A stretch of DNA of 64,000 nucleotides from Phycisphaerae bacterium (GCA_050115495.1 JASFQK010000010.1:96360-160359), one strand, 5' to 3'. Shown: positions 18,296 to 28,039, counted from the stretch's first letter. The notes: generated by a model not told the origin, from the sequence alone. Program-made: numbers and translations.

Positions 18296-19213
18296 TTACG
18301 ATGCGGTGGTGGGGGCTTCGAGGAACGAGTTGAGATCGGTCTCGTTGATCGCCGGCTCGCCGGGGCTGACGTTGTTCAGGCGGCCGTCGAGCATCCATTG
18401 TTCGAGCGTGTCGATCTGCTCGAACAGGTGGTCGAACGAATCGACGATGAACAGCAGCGGCTGGTAGTGGTCGATCTCAAAGTACTGGTTGATGACCCAT
18501 TCGAGACGCAGGGGGTAGCGCTGCACGTCGGGGGATTCGAGGCAATGGGCGAGCTCACCGTAGGAGCTGAGCAGGCCGCTGCCGTAGGCCCGCAGGTCGG
18601 TTCCGTCGCGCATCAGGCCGAACTCGACCGTGAACCAGAAGAAGCGGGCCATGGCCTTGATGATGCTCTCCAGTCGGTGGAGACGCTCCTGGCGGTCGGG
18701 GATGTCGCGAACGAGCGTTGCGGCCCGGCGGGCGACCTCGCCGAACCGGACGAGGACATCGGCGAACTTGCGGTCGGTGTGCATGGGTACGTGGCCGGCG
18801 ACGTCGTGGAAGATGTCAGGCTCGGGGAGGTAGTCGAGGCTATCGAGGCTGCGGACGGTGATCGTCGTGGGGAAGCTGCGCTGGCGCAGGCAGTCGAAGA
18901 AGAGGTACGCGGGGACGTAGCCACTGACGGCCTTGGCCGCGAAGCCGCTGAGCGGTTCCAGAAAACGGTTGATATCCGCCAGCCGCGGGACGCGCTGTGA
19001 GTCGAGGGCGAGCTGTTCGACGCCCTGAAGAAACCGGCGGTTGGCGTACTGCCGCCAGCGGGGGACCATGCGGGCGTAGAGGCGGCGCCAGGCTTCGTGG
19101 TTCTCGTCGGTGTACAGGTCGTAGGGTTGCTCGATGTAGAGCTCCCCGGCGGCCTGGGCCTGTTCGATGAACGGGGCCCGGGTCGTGGTCAGACCGGCGG
19201 TGGGCACAGACAT
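18296..19213 (-). CDS. phhA: Phenylalanine 4-monooxygenase (aromatic amino acid hydroxylase)
   Basis: YLPEPDIFHDVAGHVP, FWFTVEFGL, YGSGLLSSYGE, YQP. Confidence 0.92.
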   Translation of the reverse strand: MSVPTAGLTTTRAPFIEQAQAAGELYIEQPYDLYTDENHEAWRRLYARMVPRWRQYANRRFLQGVEQLALDSQRVPRLADINRFLEPLSGFAAKAVSGYVPAYLFFDCLRQRSFPTTITVRSLDSLDYLPEPDIFHDVAGHVPMHTDRKFADVLVRFGEVARRAATLVRDIPDRQERLHRLESIIKAMARFFWFTVEFGLMRDGTDLRAYGSGLLSSYGELAHCLESPDVQRYPLRLEWVINQYFEIDHYQPLLFIVDSFDHLFEQIDTLEQWMLDGRLNNVSPGEPAINETDLNSFLEAPTTAS

Positions 19214-19274
19214 GGGGGTCCTCCAATCGGCCCACCGATTGTAGCGCGCGTCTTCCTGGCTGGCCGGCGGGGAG

Positions 19275-19958
19275 CTACGGGCCGGGGTTGACCGAGAGCG
19301 TGGCGGCGTATTGGACGCGGACGGTGCCCTCGCGGAAGCCCTCGAGGTCGCGCTCGTTGGTGCGCGTGAGGGTAATGAGCAGCGGGGCGCCCTGGCGGAA
19401 GTTGGTCAGGTCGGAGAGTGTGAAGGTGTGAGTCCCCGTGTCCGTCGCGGGGTCGAGCGAGGCCGTGATCACCTGGCCGAAGAGCGTCTGCGTCACCGTT
19501 ATCTGGGCGTCGAAGGCCGCGTTGGCGCCGGACCACGTGAGGGTGAAGCCGGAGAGGGAGACGGTGTCGCCGGCGACGGGGGCGGTGAAGGCGAACCCGC
19601 CGGCGGTGGAGACCGTCGTTTGGGCGACGCCGCGGGTGGGCTCGTAGACGGCGATGACGTACGCCGGCGAGGCGACGACCGTGGCCTCGTAGCCACCGGA
19701 GACGGGGCCGACCAGCTCTTCGTCGTTGACGCTGATGGACTGGCCGTCTTCGAGCACGATCGTCCGGCCGATGGCGGTGGTGATCTCGATGCGGGCGTCG
19801 GCGTTGTTGCTGCCGGCCAGCTCCTGGATCATGAGCGTGGCGTACAGGTCGTTGAGCGTGGGCGAGCCGTCGATGCCGTCGCCATCGAAGTCGATGGTGC
19901 AGGTGGCACCGGAGCAGAGCGTGGCGGCGAGGGCGAGCAGGGCGAGTTTCTTGAGCAT
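19275..19958 (-). CDS. Secreted/lipoprotein with beta-sandwich-like domains
   Basis: MLKKLALLALAATLCSGATC signal; Thr-rich beta-strand pattern. Confidence 0.75.
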   Translation of the reverse strand: MLKKLALLALAATLCSGATCTIDFDGDGIDGSPTLNDLYATLMIQELAGSNNADARIEITTAIGRTIVLEDGQSISVNDEELVGPVSGGYEATVVASPAYVIAVYEPTRGVAQTTVSTAGGFAFTAPVAGDTVSLSGFTLTWSGANAAFDAQITVTQTLFGQVITASLDPATDTGTHTFTLSDLTNFRQGAPLLITLTRTNERDLEGFREGTVRVQYAATLSVNPGP

Positions 19959-20005
19959 GGCGGTTGGCCTCAGTTGTGTCGGCACGTACGCAGGTCGTTC
20001 GGTGA

Positions 20006-20035
20006 TCGACGTCGGCCACGGGGGGCCGACGCTAC
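20006..20035 (-). repeat. GTAG-type REP hairpin
   Basis: Minus strand GTAG-CGTCGGCC-ccccgt-GGCCGACG; identical 30-mer at 23161-23190. Confidence 0.8.
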
Positions 20036-20065
20036 CAGCGGGCACGTGGGTCTTTCGGCGATCGA

Positions 20066-20091
20066 CGGCCGACACGGAGGTCGGCCGCTAC
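20066..20091 (-). repeat. GTAG-type REP hairpin, variant
   Basis: Minus strand GTAG-CGGCCGAC-ctccgt-GTCGGCCG. Confidence 0.7.
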
Positions 20092-20114
20092 GGAGTCGTG
20101 GGCGTAAGAGCATG

Positions 20115-20996
20115 TTAGGGCTCGATCGTGAGCGTGAAGCTCTGGGCCGCCACCGAGGGCGGATTGTCCGCGTCGGTGACCTGGACGGTGATGGTGATCG
20201 TGCCGGCGGTGCGCGGCGTGCCGGCGATGATGCCCAGGGACTGGTTCAATTCGAGGTTGCCGCCGACGTCACCGAGGTAGCCGGCCGTGATCGACCAAGT
20301 GTACGGGGGCTGGCCGTCGACGGCGACGAGGGTGGCGGCGTAGGGCTGGTTCACATGGCCCGTGGGCAGGGTGGTCGTCGTGACGCTGACGTTCCGCGGC
20401 TTGATGACGAGGAGCCTGGTCAGCGTGACCTGCTGCACTGGGTCGCCCGTATCGGTGACGATCACCTGGATGGGAAGGGCGAGATACGGCCAGGCGGGCG
20501 TGCCGGAGATCGTGCCGGTGGTGGCGTCGAAGGTGAGGCCGGCCGGCAAGCCCACGACGTTGTATGCATAGGGTGGGACGCCGCCGGTGGCGAGGGGCGT
20601 GATGGAGTAAGCCTCGCCGACGCGAGCGATGGCGGCGGTAAGGGTGACCTCAAGTTCGGGGAGGATCGTGAGGGTGTAATTGCGCTGGCCGGACGACGGG
20701 GGGAGGTCGGTGACGCGAGCGCCGACGTCAAAGTTGAAGGTTCCGGCTTCGGTCGGCGTGCCGGCGAGGGTGCCGCTGGAGGACGAGAGGCTCAGGCCGG
20801 CGGGCAAGCTGCCGGCGTCGACGCTCCAGCGTTCGGTGCCGCCGGCGCCGGTCGTGAGAACCTGCTCGTAGTATTGCCCGGCGGCGCCGGGGGGCAGCTC
20901 TTCGGGAGCGATTTCGAGCGGCGGGCCGCTACAGGCCGGCAAGCCGATGGCCAGCAAACCGGCGACACAGACTGCCAGGAGGCGTTGAGCAGACAC
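20115..20996 (-). CDS. Lipoprotein with putative Ig (He_PIG-like) repeats
   Basis: Lipobox LPAC; three LP.G..GLP.GL..G.ISGTP-type units. Confidence 0.88.
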   Translation of the reverse strand: MSAQRLLAVCVAGLLAIGLPACSGPPLEIAPEELPPGAAGQYYEQVLTTGAGGTERWSVDAGSLPAGLSLSSSSGTLAGTPTEAGTFNFDVGARVTDLPPSSGQRNYTLTILPELEVTLTAAIARVGEAYSITPLATGGVPPYAYNVVGLPAGLTFDATTGTISGTPAWPYLALPIQVIVTDTGDPVQQVTLTRLLVIKPRNVSVTTTTLPTGHVNQPYAATLVAVDGQPPYTWSITAGYLGDVGGNLELNQSLGIIAGTPRTAGTITITVQVTDADNPPSVAAQSFTLTIEP

Positions 20997-21127
20997 GGGT
21001 TCGTCTCCAGGATGGCATACAACGTATAGCGCACGTACCCCGCGATAGGGCAGGCGCCCTGTTCGGAGACATTATACGTAGGGAGGCGGTGTCCGCGGAG
21101 CTTGGTCGGAAGGCCGGGAGAGGGGTG

Positions 21128-22456
21128 TCAGGTGGGGATGATGGGGCAGTTTCGGCAGGGGCCCAGCTTAGCCATGTCGCCGCCGACGACCTTGCGGCGA
21201 ATTGCGCTGATCTCGGGCGAGTTCCAGACCTCCCGGATGGAGCGGTCCCGGACGTTGCCCAGGTTGAACTGACCGTTAATGTCGCCGTGGCAGAAGCCGT
21301 AATCGCCGTTGGCGAGCACCAGCAGGCGCTGACCCTGGCGACAGTAGGCGTAGTGGGCGGGGCCGGCGTCGAACGGGACGGTGCGGATCTGACCGTCCGC
21401 CGTCATGTAAGCGTTGCCGGGGACCTTGGAGATGCCGTTGAGGAAGATGGTGTCGACGAGGGCGACCCAGCGCTTGCCGAAACGCTGGACCTCCGGAGCT
21501 TGCGGGTCGTCGCAGAGCTTGGAGATGTGCACGCGGGCTTCGGTGAAGCCGAGTTCACGCCGGACGTCGAGCAGATCGAGGATGTTACGCTCGATGACCT
21601 CGTACTTGGCACCGCGACGGATGCGCTCAAGGTCGCCTTCGAGGGCGTCCAGCGATATGTAAAACTCGCGGAGGCCGGCTTCCAGAAGTCGCCGGGAGCG
21701 GTCTCGGTCGAGCAGCATGCCGTTGGTCTGGATGGCGAAGCTGGAGGGGAGGGGTGAGCGGTCCCGGAGCGAGACGATGTAGCGGACCATCTCTTCGAGC
21801 TCGGCGTGCAGCAGCGGCTCACCCAGGAAAAAGAGCATAATCCCCGAGCCGGGTTGGGTGCTGCACTCGTCGGCGATCTTGCGCAGATATTCGAGGGGGA
21901 GGTCGGTGAGGGGGCGGTGCATCTGGTTGCGCGTGCACATGACGCAACGGAGGTTGCAGCGGTTGGTGACCTCGATCTGTACGCGGGGCGGGAATTCGGG
22001 TGGTCGCAAGAGCAAACCGGCCTGATCGAAGGCCTGATTTACCCGGCAGCGGGCGGTGATGCGCGTCCAGGTGGGCGGCGTTAGCCAGCCGTGGGCCAGG
22101 CTGTACCAGAGGTTGTAGGCTTCCTCGGTCTGGCCGAGTTGGTGCAGAACCTCGCCGAGACGGAACAGGCACAGCTCGCGCACGTCGCGGCTGGATGTGT
22201 GGCGGGCGATGTCGCCGAGGGCCTGGGCCCCCTGCTGGAGTTTCCCGGCGGCAAGCTGCTCCAGGGCCCGGCGGTACTCGGGCAGGCGGTGGGCGGCAGC
22301 CTCGGCGTCGGTCGGGGTCTCGGGCTCGCCGGGTCGGCGACAGAGCGACTGGATGTCGTCAACGAGTTGGACCAGATCGCGCGCGTGGTCGGTCGGCGGG
22401 GCGGCCGACGGGCCGCGTTGCAGGAGGGTCTCCGGTAAACAGGTGAAAGGCGCCAT
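21128..22456 (-). CDS. Radical SAM/SPASM-Twitch protein with a TPR-like N-terminal region
   Basis: CNLRCVMC, GEPLLH, TNG, ISLD; C-terminal C..G...C..D..LGN..W..C..C. Confidence 0.9.
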   Translation of the reverse strand: MAPFTCLPETLLQRGPSAAPPTDHARDLVQLVDDIQSLCRRPGEPETPTDAEAAAHRLPEYRRALEQLAAGKLQQGAQALGDIARHTSSRDVRELCLFRLGEVLHQLGQTEEAYNLWYSLAHGWLTPPTWTRITARCRVNQAFDQAGLLLRPPEFPPRVQIEVTNRCNLRCVMCTRNQMHRPLTDLPLEYLRKIADECSTQPGSGIMLFFLGEPLLHAELEEMVRYIVSLRDRSPLPSSFAIQTNGMLLDRDRSRRLLEAGLREFYISLDALEGDLERIRRGAKYEVIERNILDLLDVRRELGFTEARVHISKLCDDPQAPEVQRFGKRWVALVDTIFLNGISKVPGNAYMTADGQIRTVPFDAGPAHYAYCRQGQRLLVLANGDYGFCHGDINGQFNLGNVRDRSIREVWNSPEISAIRRKVVGGDMAKLGPCRNCPIIPT

Positions 22457-22591
22457 TATAGTGCCTTTATCGGGGACACGGCTCGTCCTGAACCGAACTT
22501 CGTGAGTGTCAGCGGAATATCGCCGCGATATGGGCAAAATCTGCGCGTTCGGGCTGTGAATTTCATTCAGGGGCGGGAGGCAGGGGGTGTC

Positions 22592-22620
22592 TTGACGTGG
22601 GCCACCGACGGGCGTAGAAC
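22592..22620 (+). promoter_or_regulatory. Sigma70-like promoter of atpC (near-leaderless transcript)
   Basis: TTGACG-17 nt-TAGAAC ending 9 nt before the ATG. Confidence 0.55.
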
Positions 22621-22629
22621 CTGTGCCGT

Positions 22630-23034
22630 ATGGCCACTACTGAACCCGTCCAATTCGTCGTAATCACGCCGGAGCGAAAAGTGCTGGAGCAGGCCGCGGA
22701 GGCGGTGGTGTTCACGGCGCACGATGGGGAAATGGGCGTGCTGACAGGGCGGTCACCGCTGATGTGCGAGCTGGGCATCGGCGAGCTGCGCTACCGGGCG
22801 GGCGGGCAGACACGAAAGCTGTACATCGAGCAGGGGTTCGCGCAGGTGCTGGACAACCACGTGACCGTGCTGACGCAGCGGGCCGTGGCTGCCGAGTCGA
22901 TCGACAGCGAGATGCTGGCGGCGGCGCAGCGCGGTGTGGACGAGCTGACGGGGAGCGACCCGGAGACGCTCGAAGCGCGTTTGCAGGCGCAGCGGAGACT
23001 GCGCGTGCTGCAGAGTCTGCACGATAATCACTGA
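22630..23034 (+). CDS. atpC: F0F1 ATP synthase epsilon subunit (orphan)
   Basis: VITPER, GEMGVL.G.SPL..L.IGEL, GFAQV.DN.VTVL, C-terminal helical hairpin. Confidence 0.93.
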   Translation: MATTEPVQFVVITPERKVLEQAAEAVVFTAHDGEMGVLTGRSPLMCELGIGELRYRAGGQTRKLYIEQGFAQVLDNHVTVLTQRAVAAESIDSEMLAAAQRGVDELTGSDPETLEARLQAQRRLRVLQSLHDNH

Positions 23035-23109
23035 TCCGTTTGCCTGGGGGATTCCTGAGGATGTTGATCGGGACGCGACAGGTGCGCGCGGCTGGAGCAT
23101 GCGCAGATG

Positions 23110-23133
23110 CACTGCTCAAGAGCAGTGGCACAC
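23110..23133 (+). repeat. Palindrome followed by gcacac (REP-like)
   Basis: cactgctc-aa-gagcagtg-gcacac; same architecture as caccggcca-t-tggccggtg-ccacac at 38133-38157. Confidence 0.45.
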
Positions 23134-23160
23134 CGAGTGCGTGTTGAGGAGCGGCGGCGT

Positions 23161-23190
23161 TCGACGTCGGCCACGGGGGGCCGACGCTAC
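23161..23190 (-). repeat. GTAG-type REP hairpin
   Basis: Identical to 20006-20035. Confidence 0.8.
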
Positions 23191-23217
23191 GACCGTGGGT
23201 CGACCACGGGAGGGACG

Positions 23218-24477
23218 TCAGGGAAGATGCAGCCAGACGGCCTTGAGGTAGGCGGACTCGGGACAGGCGGGCGTGACGGGGTGGTCGGGGCCGGCGGCGG
23301 TGAGGGCGAAACGTTGTGCCGGGCGATTGCAGCGGCGGGCGGCGCGGTAGACGGTGTCGACGAATACGTCGGTTGAGACGAGACCGCTGCAACTGCACGT
23401 GAGCAGCACGCCGCCGGGACGGACCACCTGCATGGCCAGGGCGTTGAGGTCGCCGTATTTGCGGAGAGCGGTTTCGTATTCGTCGCGCGAGGTGGCGAGC
23501 TTGGGCGGGTCGAGGATGACGGTGTCGAACGTGCGGCCGTTGGCGATCATCTGGCGGAGGTAGGTGAACGCGTCGGCGTGGACGAAGTCGATGCGCGTCT
23601 GATTGAGGCCGGCGTTCTCGCGGGCGAGCGCGAGGGCCTGCTCGTCGAGGTCGACGCCGGTGACGGAGCGGGCGCCGCCGAGGACCTTGGCGCACAGGCT
23701 GAAGCCGCCGGTGTAGCAGCAGAGATCGAGTACGTCGGCGTCGTGGCAGAGGTCGGCGAGCCGGCGACGGTTGTCGCGCTGATCGCAGAAGAACCCGGTC
23801 TTGTGGCCGCCGGCGACGTCGACTCGGTAGCGGACGCCGTGCTCGCGGATGATCAGGCGGCCGGGGGGCTCCTGGCCGGTGGAATCGACGTGAAAGCGCT
23901 CGGCAGATTCGATCGGGGCATCGGCCCGCACGTAACGCCGCCAGGTGCCGGCGGACGCACCAGGGCGGTCGAGGCTGGACGGCGGGCCGAGGACGTCGCC
24001 GAGCATATCGGCCAGCATCGACCAACGCTGGTACATGCCGGCGGCGAAGACCTCGAAGACGAGACAATCGGCGTAGCGTTCGACGATCAAGCCGCTGAGG
24101 CCATCGCCCTCGGCGTGCACGAGGCGATAGGCGTCGGTGACGTCGGCGAGGCGGAGCCGTTGACGCAGGGTTGCTGCCGCGGCCAAACGCTCACGCCAGA
24201 AGCGGTCGTCGATCGGGACGTCGCCGTGAGCGAGGACGCGGAGAGCGAGCGGGGCGTGCGGGCTGAAGAGGCCGCGGCCGAAGAGCTGGTCGTCGCGGCC
24301 GTAGATATTGACGACGTCGCCGGACTTGGCGGCGGGATCGATGTCGCCGATCATGCGCCGGTAGATAAGCGGGTGCCAGGTCGTGGTGCGCAGGCGGACC
24401 CAGGGCGAGAGGGCGCCGGGTGGGGGTGCGGTCGGCGCGGTTCTGTGCGATGCTCGGGGATGCGGCTTGCGGGCCAT
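23218..24477 (-). CDS. RlmI-like class I SAM-dependent rRNA methyltransferase
   Basis: YRLVHAEGDGLSGL.V.RY, GHKTGFFCDQRDNR, LDLCCYTGGF, ILDPP, CSCS, HP..PESAYLK. Confidence 0.92.
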   Translation of the reverse strand: MARKPHPRASHRTAPTAPPPGALSPWVRLRTTTWHPLIYRRMIGDIDPAAKSGDVVNIYGRDDQLFGRGLFSPHAPLALRVLAHGDVPIDDRFWRERLAAAATLRQRLRLADVTDAYRLVHAEGDGLSGLIVERYADCLVFEVFAAGMYQRWSMLADMLGDVLGPPSSLDRPGASAGTWRRYVRADAPIESAERFHVDSTGQEPPGRLIIREHGVRYRVDVAGGHKTGFFCDQRDNRRRLADLCHDADVLDLCCYTGGFSLCAKVLGGARSVTGVDLDEQALALARENAGLNQTRIDFVHADAFTYLRQMIANGRTFDTVILDPPKLATSRDEYETALRKYGDLNALAMQVVRPGGVLLTCSCSGLVSTDVFVDTVYRAARRCNRPAQRFALTAAGPDHPVTPACPESAYLKAVWLHLP

Positions 24478-24539
24478 GCCGACATCATTGTCGCCCGGCG
24501 GACGGGCGGCAAGCGGCGACAGGCCGGCAGGAGGCGATC

Positions 24540-25244
24540 ATGAAGACAATCGGGTTGATCGGCGGGATGAGCTGGGAGTCGTCGATCGAGTACTACCGGA
24601 TCGTGAACGAGCAGGTGGCCCGGCGGCTGGGCGGGCTGCACTCGGCGCGATGCGTGATGTACTCGTTCGATTTCGAGGAGATCGAAGCGCTGCAACGGTC
24701 CGGGGGATGGGAGGAGGCGTCGCAGCGCATGATCGAGGCGGCCAGGGCCGTCGAGCGGGCGGGGGCCGACTTCCTGGTGATCTGCACGAATACGATGCAC
24801 ATGATGGCGACGGACGTCGAGGCGGCGGTCGACGTGCCGCTGCTGCACATCGCCGACGCGACGGCGGAGCGGATTCTGGCGGGGGGGCTGCACCGGGTCG
24901 GGCTGCTCGGCACGCGGTTTACGATGGAAGAGCCGTTCTACAAGGGGCGGCTGATCGACAAGCATGGGCTGTCGGTCGTTACGCCGGATGAAGCCGGGCG
25001 GCAGTTCGTGCACGATACGATCTACAAGGAGCTATGTGCGGGGAAGCTGGACGAGGCGTCGCGGGCGCGGTTCCTGGAGATCATCAGCGACCTGGCGGCG
25101 GATGGGGCCGAGGGCGTGATTCTGGGTTGCACGGAGATCGGCCTATTGGTCAAGCCGGGGCACAGCCCGATTCCGCTGTTCGATACGGCGGTGATTCACG
25201 CCGAGGCGGCGGCGGCGTTCGCGTTGGCGGAGCATGCGGGCTGA
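24540..25244 (+). CDS. Aspartate/glutamate racemase family protein (YgeA/RacX-like)
   Basis: MKTIGLIGGMSWES, ICTNTMH, LGCTEI. Confidence 0.95.
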   Translation: MKTIGLIGGMSWESSIEYYRIVNEQVARRLGGLHSARCVMYSFDFEEIEALQRSGGWEEASQRMIEAARAVERAGADFLVICTNTMHMMATDVEAAVDVPLLHIADATAERILAGGLHRVGLLGTRFTMEEPFYKGRLIDKHGLSVVTPDEAGRQFVHDTIYKELCAGKLDEASRARFLEIISDLAADGAEGVILGCTEIGLLVKPGHSPIPLFDTAVIHAEAAAAFALAEHAG

Positions 25245-25260
25245 GGGGGATTGGCAGGCT

Positions 25261-25349
25261 GTTGAAAAAGGGGGACAGGCACCTCGATCGGGGCGGTTGG
25301 CGACGCGGTGCGGGCGCTGTGGCTCGGAGCCAGTCCCCCCTTTTTCAAC
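25261..25349. repeat. Intergenic inverted-repeat element, copy 2
   Basis: gttgaaaaagggggac...gtcccccctttttcaac; same internal motifs as 18194-18274; lies between convergent genes. Confidence 0.75.
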
Positions 25350-25355
25350 GGATCG

Positions 25356-26099
25356 CTAGCGCCGGCGGGTCCATTCGGCGCTGCTGAAGGTCTCGCGGCG
25401 GGTGGCGACGTCGGCGAGGCGGTCGGGGGACCAGGTGGCCGGTTGCGGTTCGAGCTCGAGGCGCGTGGCGAGGACGGCGACGAAGGCGGCGGTCCAGCGG
25501 GCGAGCGTCTCCGGCGACGGGCCGCCGAGATGGCCGCCGGGATGAGCATCGAAACGACGGGCGAGCAGGAGCGAGCCGTGCTGGAGGACGCGGCCGGGGG
25601 TGCGTCGCTGGGCGCTGCCGAGGATCTTGTCGGGGCCGAGGATCAGGTCGGTCTGGCCGGGCTTCTGGAAGCAGAAGAACGGGCCGGTGCGCGGCGAGGG
25701 GAAGGGCAGGGTCTGCGGAGCGACTTCCACGCCGGGGACGTCCTCGCCGAGGGCGTCTCGCCAGGCGCCGTGGACGAGGTTGTAGAGGGCGGCGGGAGCC
25801 TGGCGAGCGATGTCGAGGCTGTCGTCGACCACGAGGCAGTAGGTGATCTCGCGGTCGTGGAGGATCGCGCCGCCGCCGGTTTGTCGGCGAACGACGGCGA
25901 GCTCACGTACGTCGTCGGGGAGTTGGTCGAGGTCGGCGCAGCGCTGGAAGTAGCCGAGGCTGATCGTGGGCGGGTCCCAGGCGTAGAGGCGCAGGGCGGC
26001 CGACCGCAGGTCGGCGGCGTGGAGCAGGTGCTGATCGCGGGCCATGTTGGTGGGCCCGTCGAGCGGCGGATCGTGGAAAACGTGCAGCGGCTGCGCCAA
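25356..26099 (-). CDS. Lipoate-protein ligase / LipM-like octanoyltransferase
   Basis: NMARD, LRLYAW..TISLGYFQ, VRRQTGGGAILH, KILGSAQRR, QHGS; TTG start with gagg RBS inferred. Confidence 0.9.
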   Translation of the reverse strand: MAQPLHVFHDPPLDGPTNMARDQHLLHAADLRSAALRLYAWDPPTISLGYFQRCADLDQLPDDVRELAVVRRQTGGGAILHDREITYCLVVDDSLDIARQAPAALYNLVHGAWRDALGEDVPGVEVAPQTLPFPSPRTGPFFCFQKPGQTDLILGPDKILGSAQRRTPGRVLQHGSLLLARRFDAHPGGHLGGPSPETLARWTAAFVAVLATRLELEPQPATWSPDRLADVATRRETFSSAEWTRRR

Positions 26100-26107
26100 G
26101 CGGGGCC

Positions 26108-28039
26108 TCAATTGCGGGTCAGGAGGTCGACGAAGGGGCTGATGTCGAAGTTGTTGACGGTGCCGTCGTTGTTCACGTCGCCGGCGAGATGGCTGCAATC
26201 GGGCCAGAGGGCGTAGTATTCGGGATAGTCGGGCGGCGTCGCCGTCAGCACGCGGACGAACGGGGCGATGTCGAAGTTGTCGAGCACGGCGTCGCAGTTG
26301 AGATCGCCGAGCGGGCAGCCGGCGGCGCCCACGAGCGTGCCGGGGGGCGTGTCGGCGCAGCGGTCGCAGGCGTCGGGGACACCGTCACCGTCGTCGTCCG
26401 GCTGGCACTCGTCGGGGATGCCGTTGGCGTCGCAGTCGCGGCTCGTGCCGGCGGCGATTTCGAGGTAGTCGAAGACGCCGTTGTCATTGCAGTCACGCGT
26501 GGTGTCGAAGGTGAACGTCATGGTGGGGCCCTGCAAGCTGACGTCCTCGATGTAGAGGCCGGACGGGCTGCCGTCCCACCACTGCGTGTTGGGGTTGGTG
26601 GCCGGCGTGCAGTCCGTGAAGCCGGGTTCCGCCCAGAGATCGGTGGAGTCGCCGTAGTTCTGGCCGTGTTCGAGGTCCCAGTTGCCGTCCGCCTGCACGA
26701 GCGTGACCAGGTAGTGCCGGTCGGGGGTCTGTTGTTCGTCGTCGTTGCTGCCGAACGTATCGATGTGCCAGATCGCCAGACCGTGGTCGGGCTGCGCGGC
26801 GTAGCGGCGTCCGTTGTAGCGGTTCTCAATGAGGTAGTACTCGTTGTCGTGGCCGGGGCGCTCGTACTTGCAGAACGTGTTGACGTTCGCCGGCACCGAC
26901 ACGTACTCCTGCGGAGCGGTGAGGAGGGTGACGTCACCCCAGCCGGCCTGGCAGGTCAGGTAGGCGCAGGGCTCGCAGGGATTGGTGTCCGAAGCGCCGT
27001 AGGCCATCAGGCAGAAGTTGCCGACGCCGGTGGACTCGTAGCCGTAGTCGTAGAGGTCGGGCCAGCCCATGAGCATATGGCCGTTCTCGTGGCAGAACGT
27101 TCGCAGGTACAGGCGATCCTGCATGTCGGTGATCTGGTAGCTCTGCGTGCAGACGCCGTCGGCGCAGAACTCCACGGTCCAGGCGTGTGGCCACAGCCCC
27201 TCGGCCCAGGCGGAATTGCGGTAACCAGCGTAGAAGCAGTTGAGGGCGTCGATAATGCCGTCACCGTCGGCATCGAAGTCGCTGTAGTCCAGAGTGTCGT
27301 CCCAGTACGTGAGGGCTTCGACGATCAGCTCGCGAGCGCGGGTGCCATAGGAGATGGACGGGTCGGTGTAATATGACTTCGGGTGTTGAGCGCGGTAGTA
27401 GGCGACCGGCACGATGTTGGTATAGAGCAGGCGGCGGTCGGACACGTCGAAGTAGAAGTCGCGGACGCAGCCGTTGTTGCCGAACTCGCTGTAGCGGTGC
27501 AGGTTGCAGAAGTCGTACACGGCGTCGCGCGGGAGCGTCGCTTCGTCGTCGGAGAAGTCGATGATCAGGCAGAGGCCGCGGACGATGCCGGTCGTCGGGC
27601 CGCGCGTGCTGCGCTGTAGCGGCGGGGCCAGCGGTCCGGACCAACGGCGGCGCTCAGCGTCGGCGCGGACGGCGAGTGCCTGGGCGCGGGCGGCGGCGGG
27701 GTTGATGCGCAGATGCGGCGTGAGGCCGAGGGCGGCGGGATCGGCGTCGCCGGCGGGAACGCCGGTGGAGAGCAGCTCGTTGCCGTCCGGCGAGAGCTCG
27801 GCGTAGCAGATCATGCCGGTCGCCGGGTCGCGGGTAAGCGTGTAGCCGTCCAGTGATTCGGCGACGACGTAGAATTCATCGCCCCAGACGCGGACCTGAA
27901 TCGTCGTCCCGTCGGGCTGGCGCGCGGGGAACTCATGTCCCGCGACGGCATCCGCGTATGCCCATGGGCACAGCAGGCCCAGCAGAACGAGGATGCTCAG
28001 ACACAGGGATCGCTGATGGATGTGTGGTGTCACGCTCAC
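26108..28039 (-). CDS. Secreted M6-family (immune inhibitor A-like) metalloprotease with TSP3-like repeats and a dockerin-like tail
   Basis: QPDG..WGDE prodomain, HENGH..PDLYD, LMAYG, EYYLIENR; GDLNCD..NFDI.PFV twice. Confidence 0.92.
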   Translation of the reverse strand: MSVTPHIHQRSLCLSILVLLGLLCPWAYADAVAGHEFPARQPDGTTIQVRVWGDEFYVVAESLDGYTLTRDPATGMICYAELSPDGNELLSTGVPAGDADPAALGLTPHLRINPAAARAQALAVRADAERRRWSGPLAPPLQRSTRGPTTGIVRGLCLIIDFSDDEATLPRDAVYDFCNLHRYSEFGNNGCVRDFYFDVSDRRLLYTNIVPVAYYRAQHPKSYYTDPSISYGTRARELIVEALTYWDDTLDYSDFDADGDGIIDALNCFYAGYRNSAWAEGLWPHAWTVEFCADGVCTQSYQITDMQDRLYLRTFCHENGHMLMGWPDLYDYGYESTGVGNFCLMAYGASDTNPCEPCAYLTCQAGWGDVTLLTAPQEYVSVPANVNTFCKYERPGHDNEYYLIENRYNGRRYAAQPDHGLAIWHIDTFGSNDDEQQTPDRHYLVTLVQADGNWDLEHGQNYGDSTDLWAEPGFTDCTPATNPNTQWWDGSPSGLYIEDVSLQGPTMTFTFDTTRDCNDNGVFDYLEIAAGTSRDCDANGIPDECQPDDDGDGVPDACDRCADTPPGTLVGAAGCPLGDLNCDAVLDNFDIAPFVRVLTATPPDYPEYYALWPDCSHLAGDVNNDGTVNNFDISPFVDLLTRN

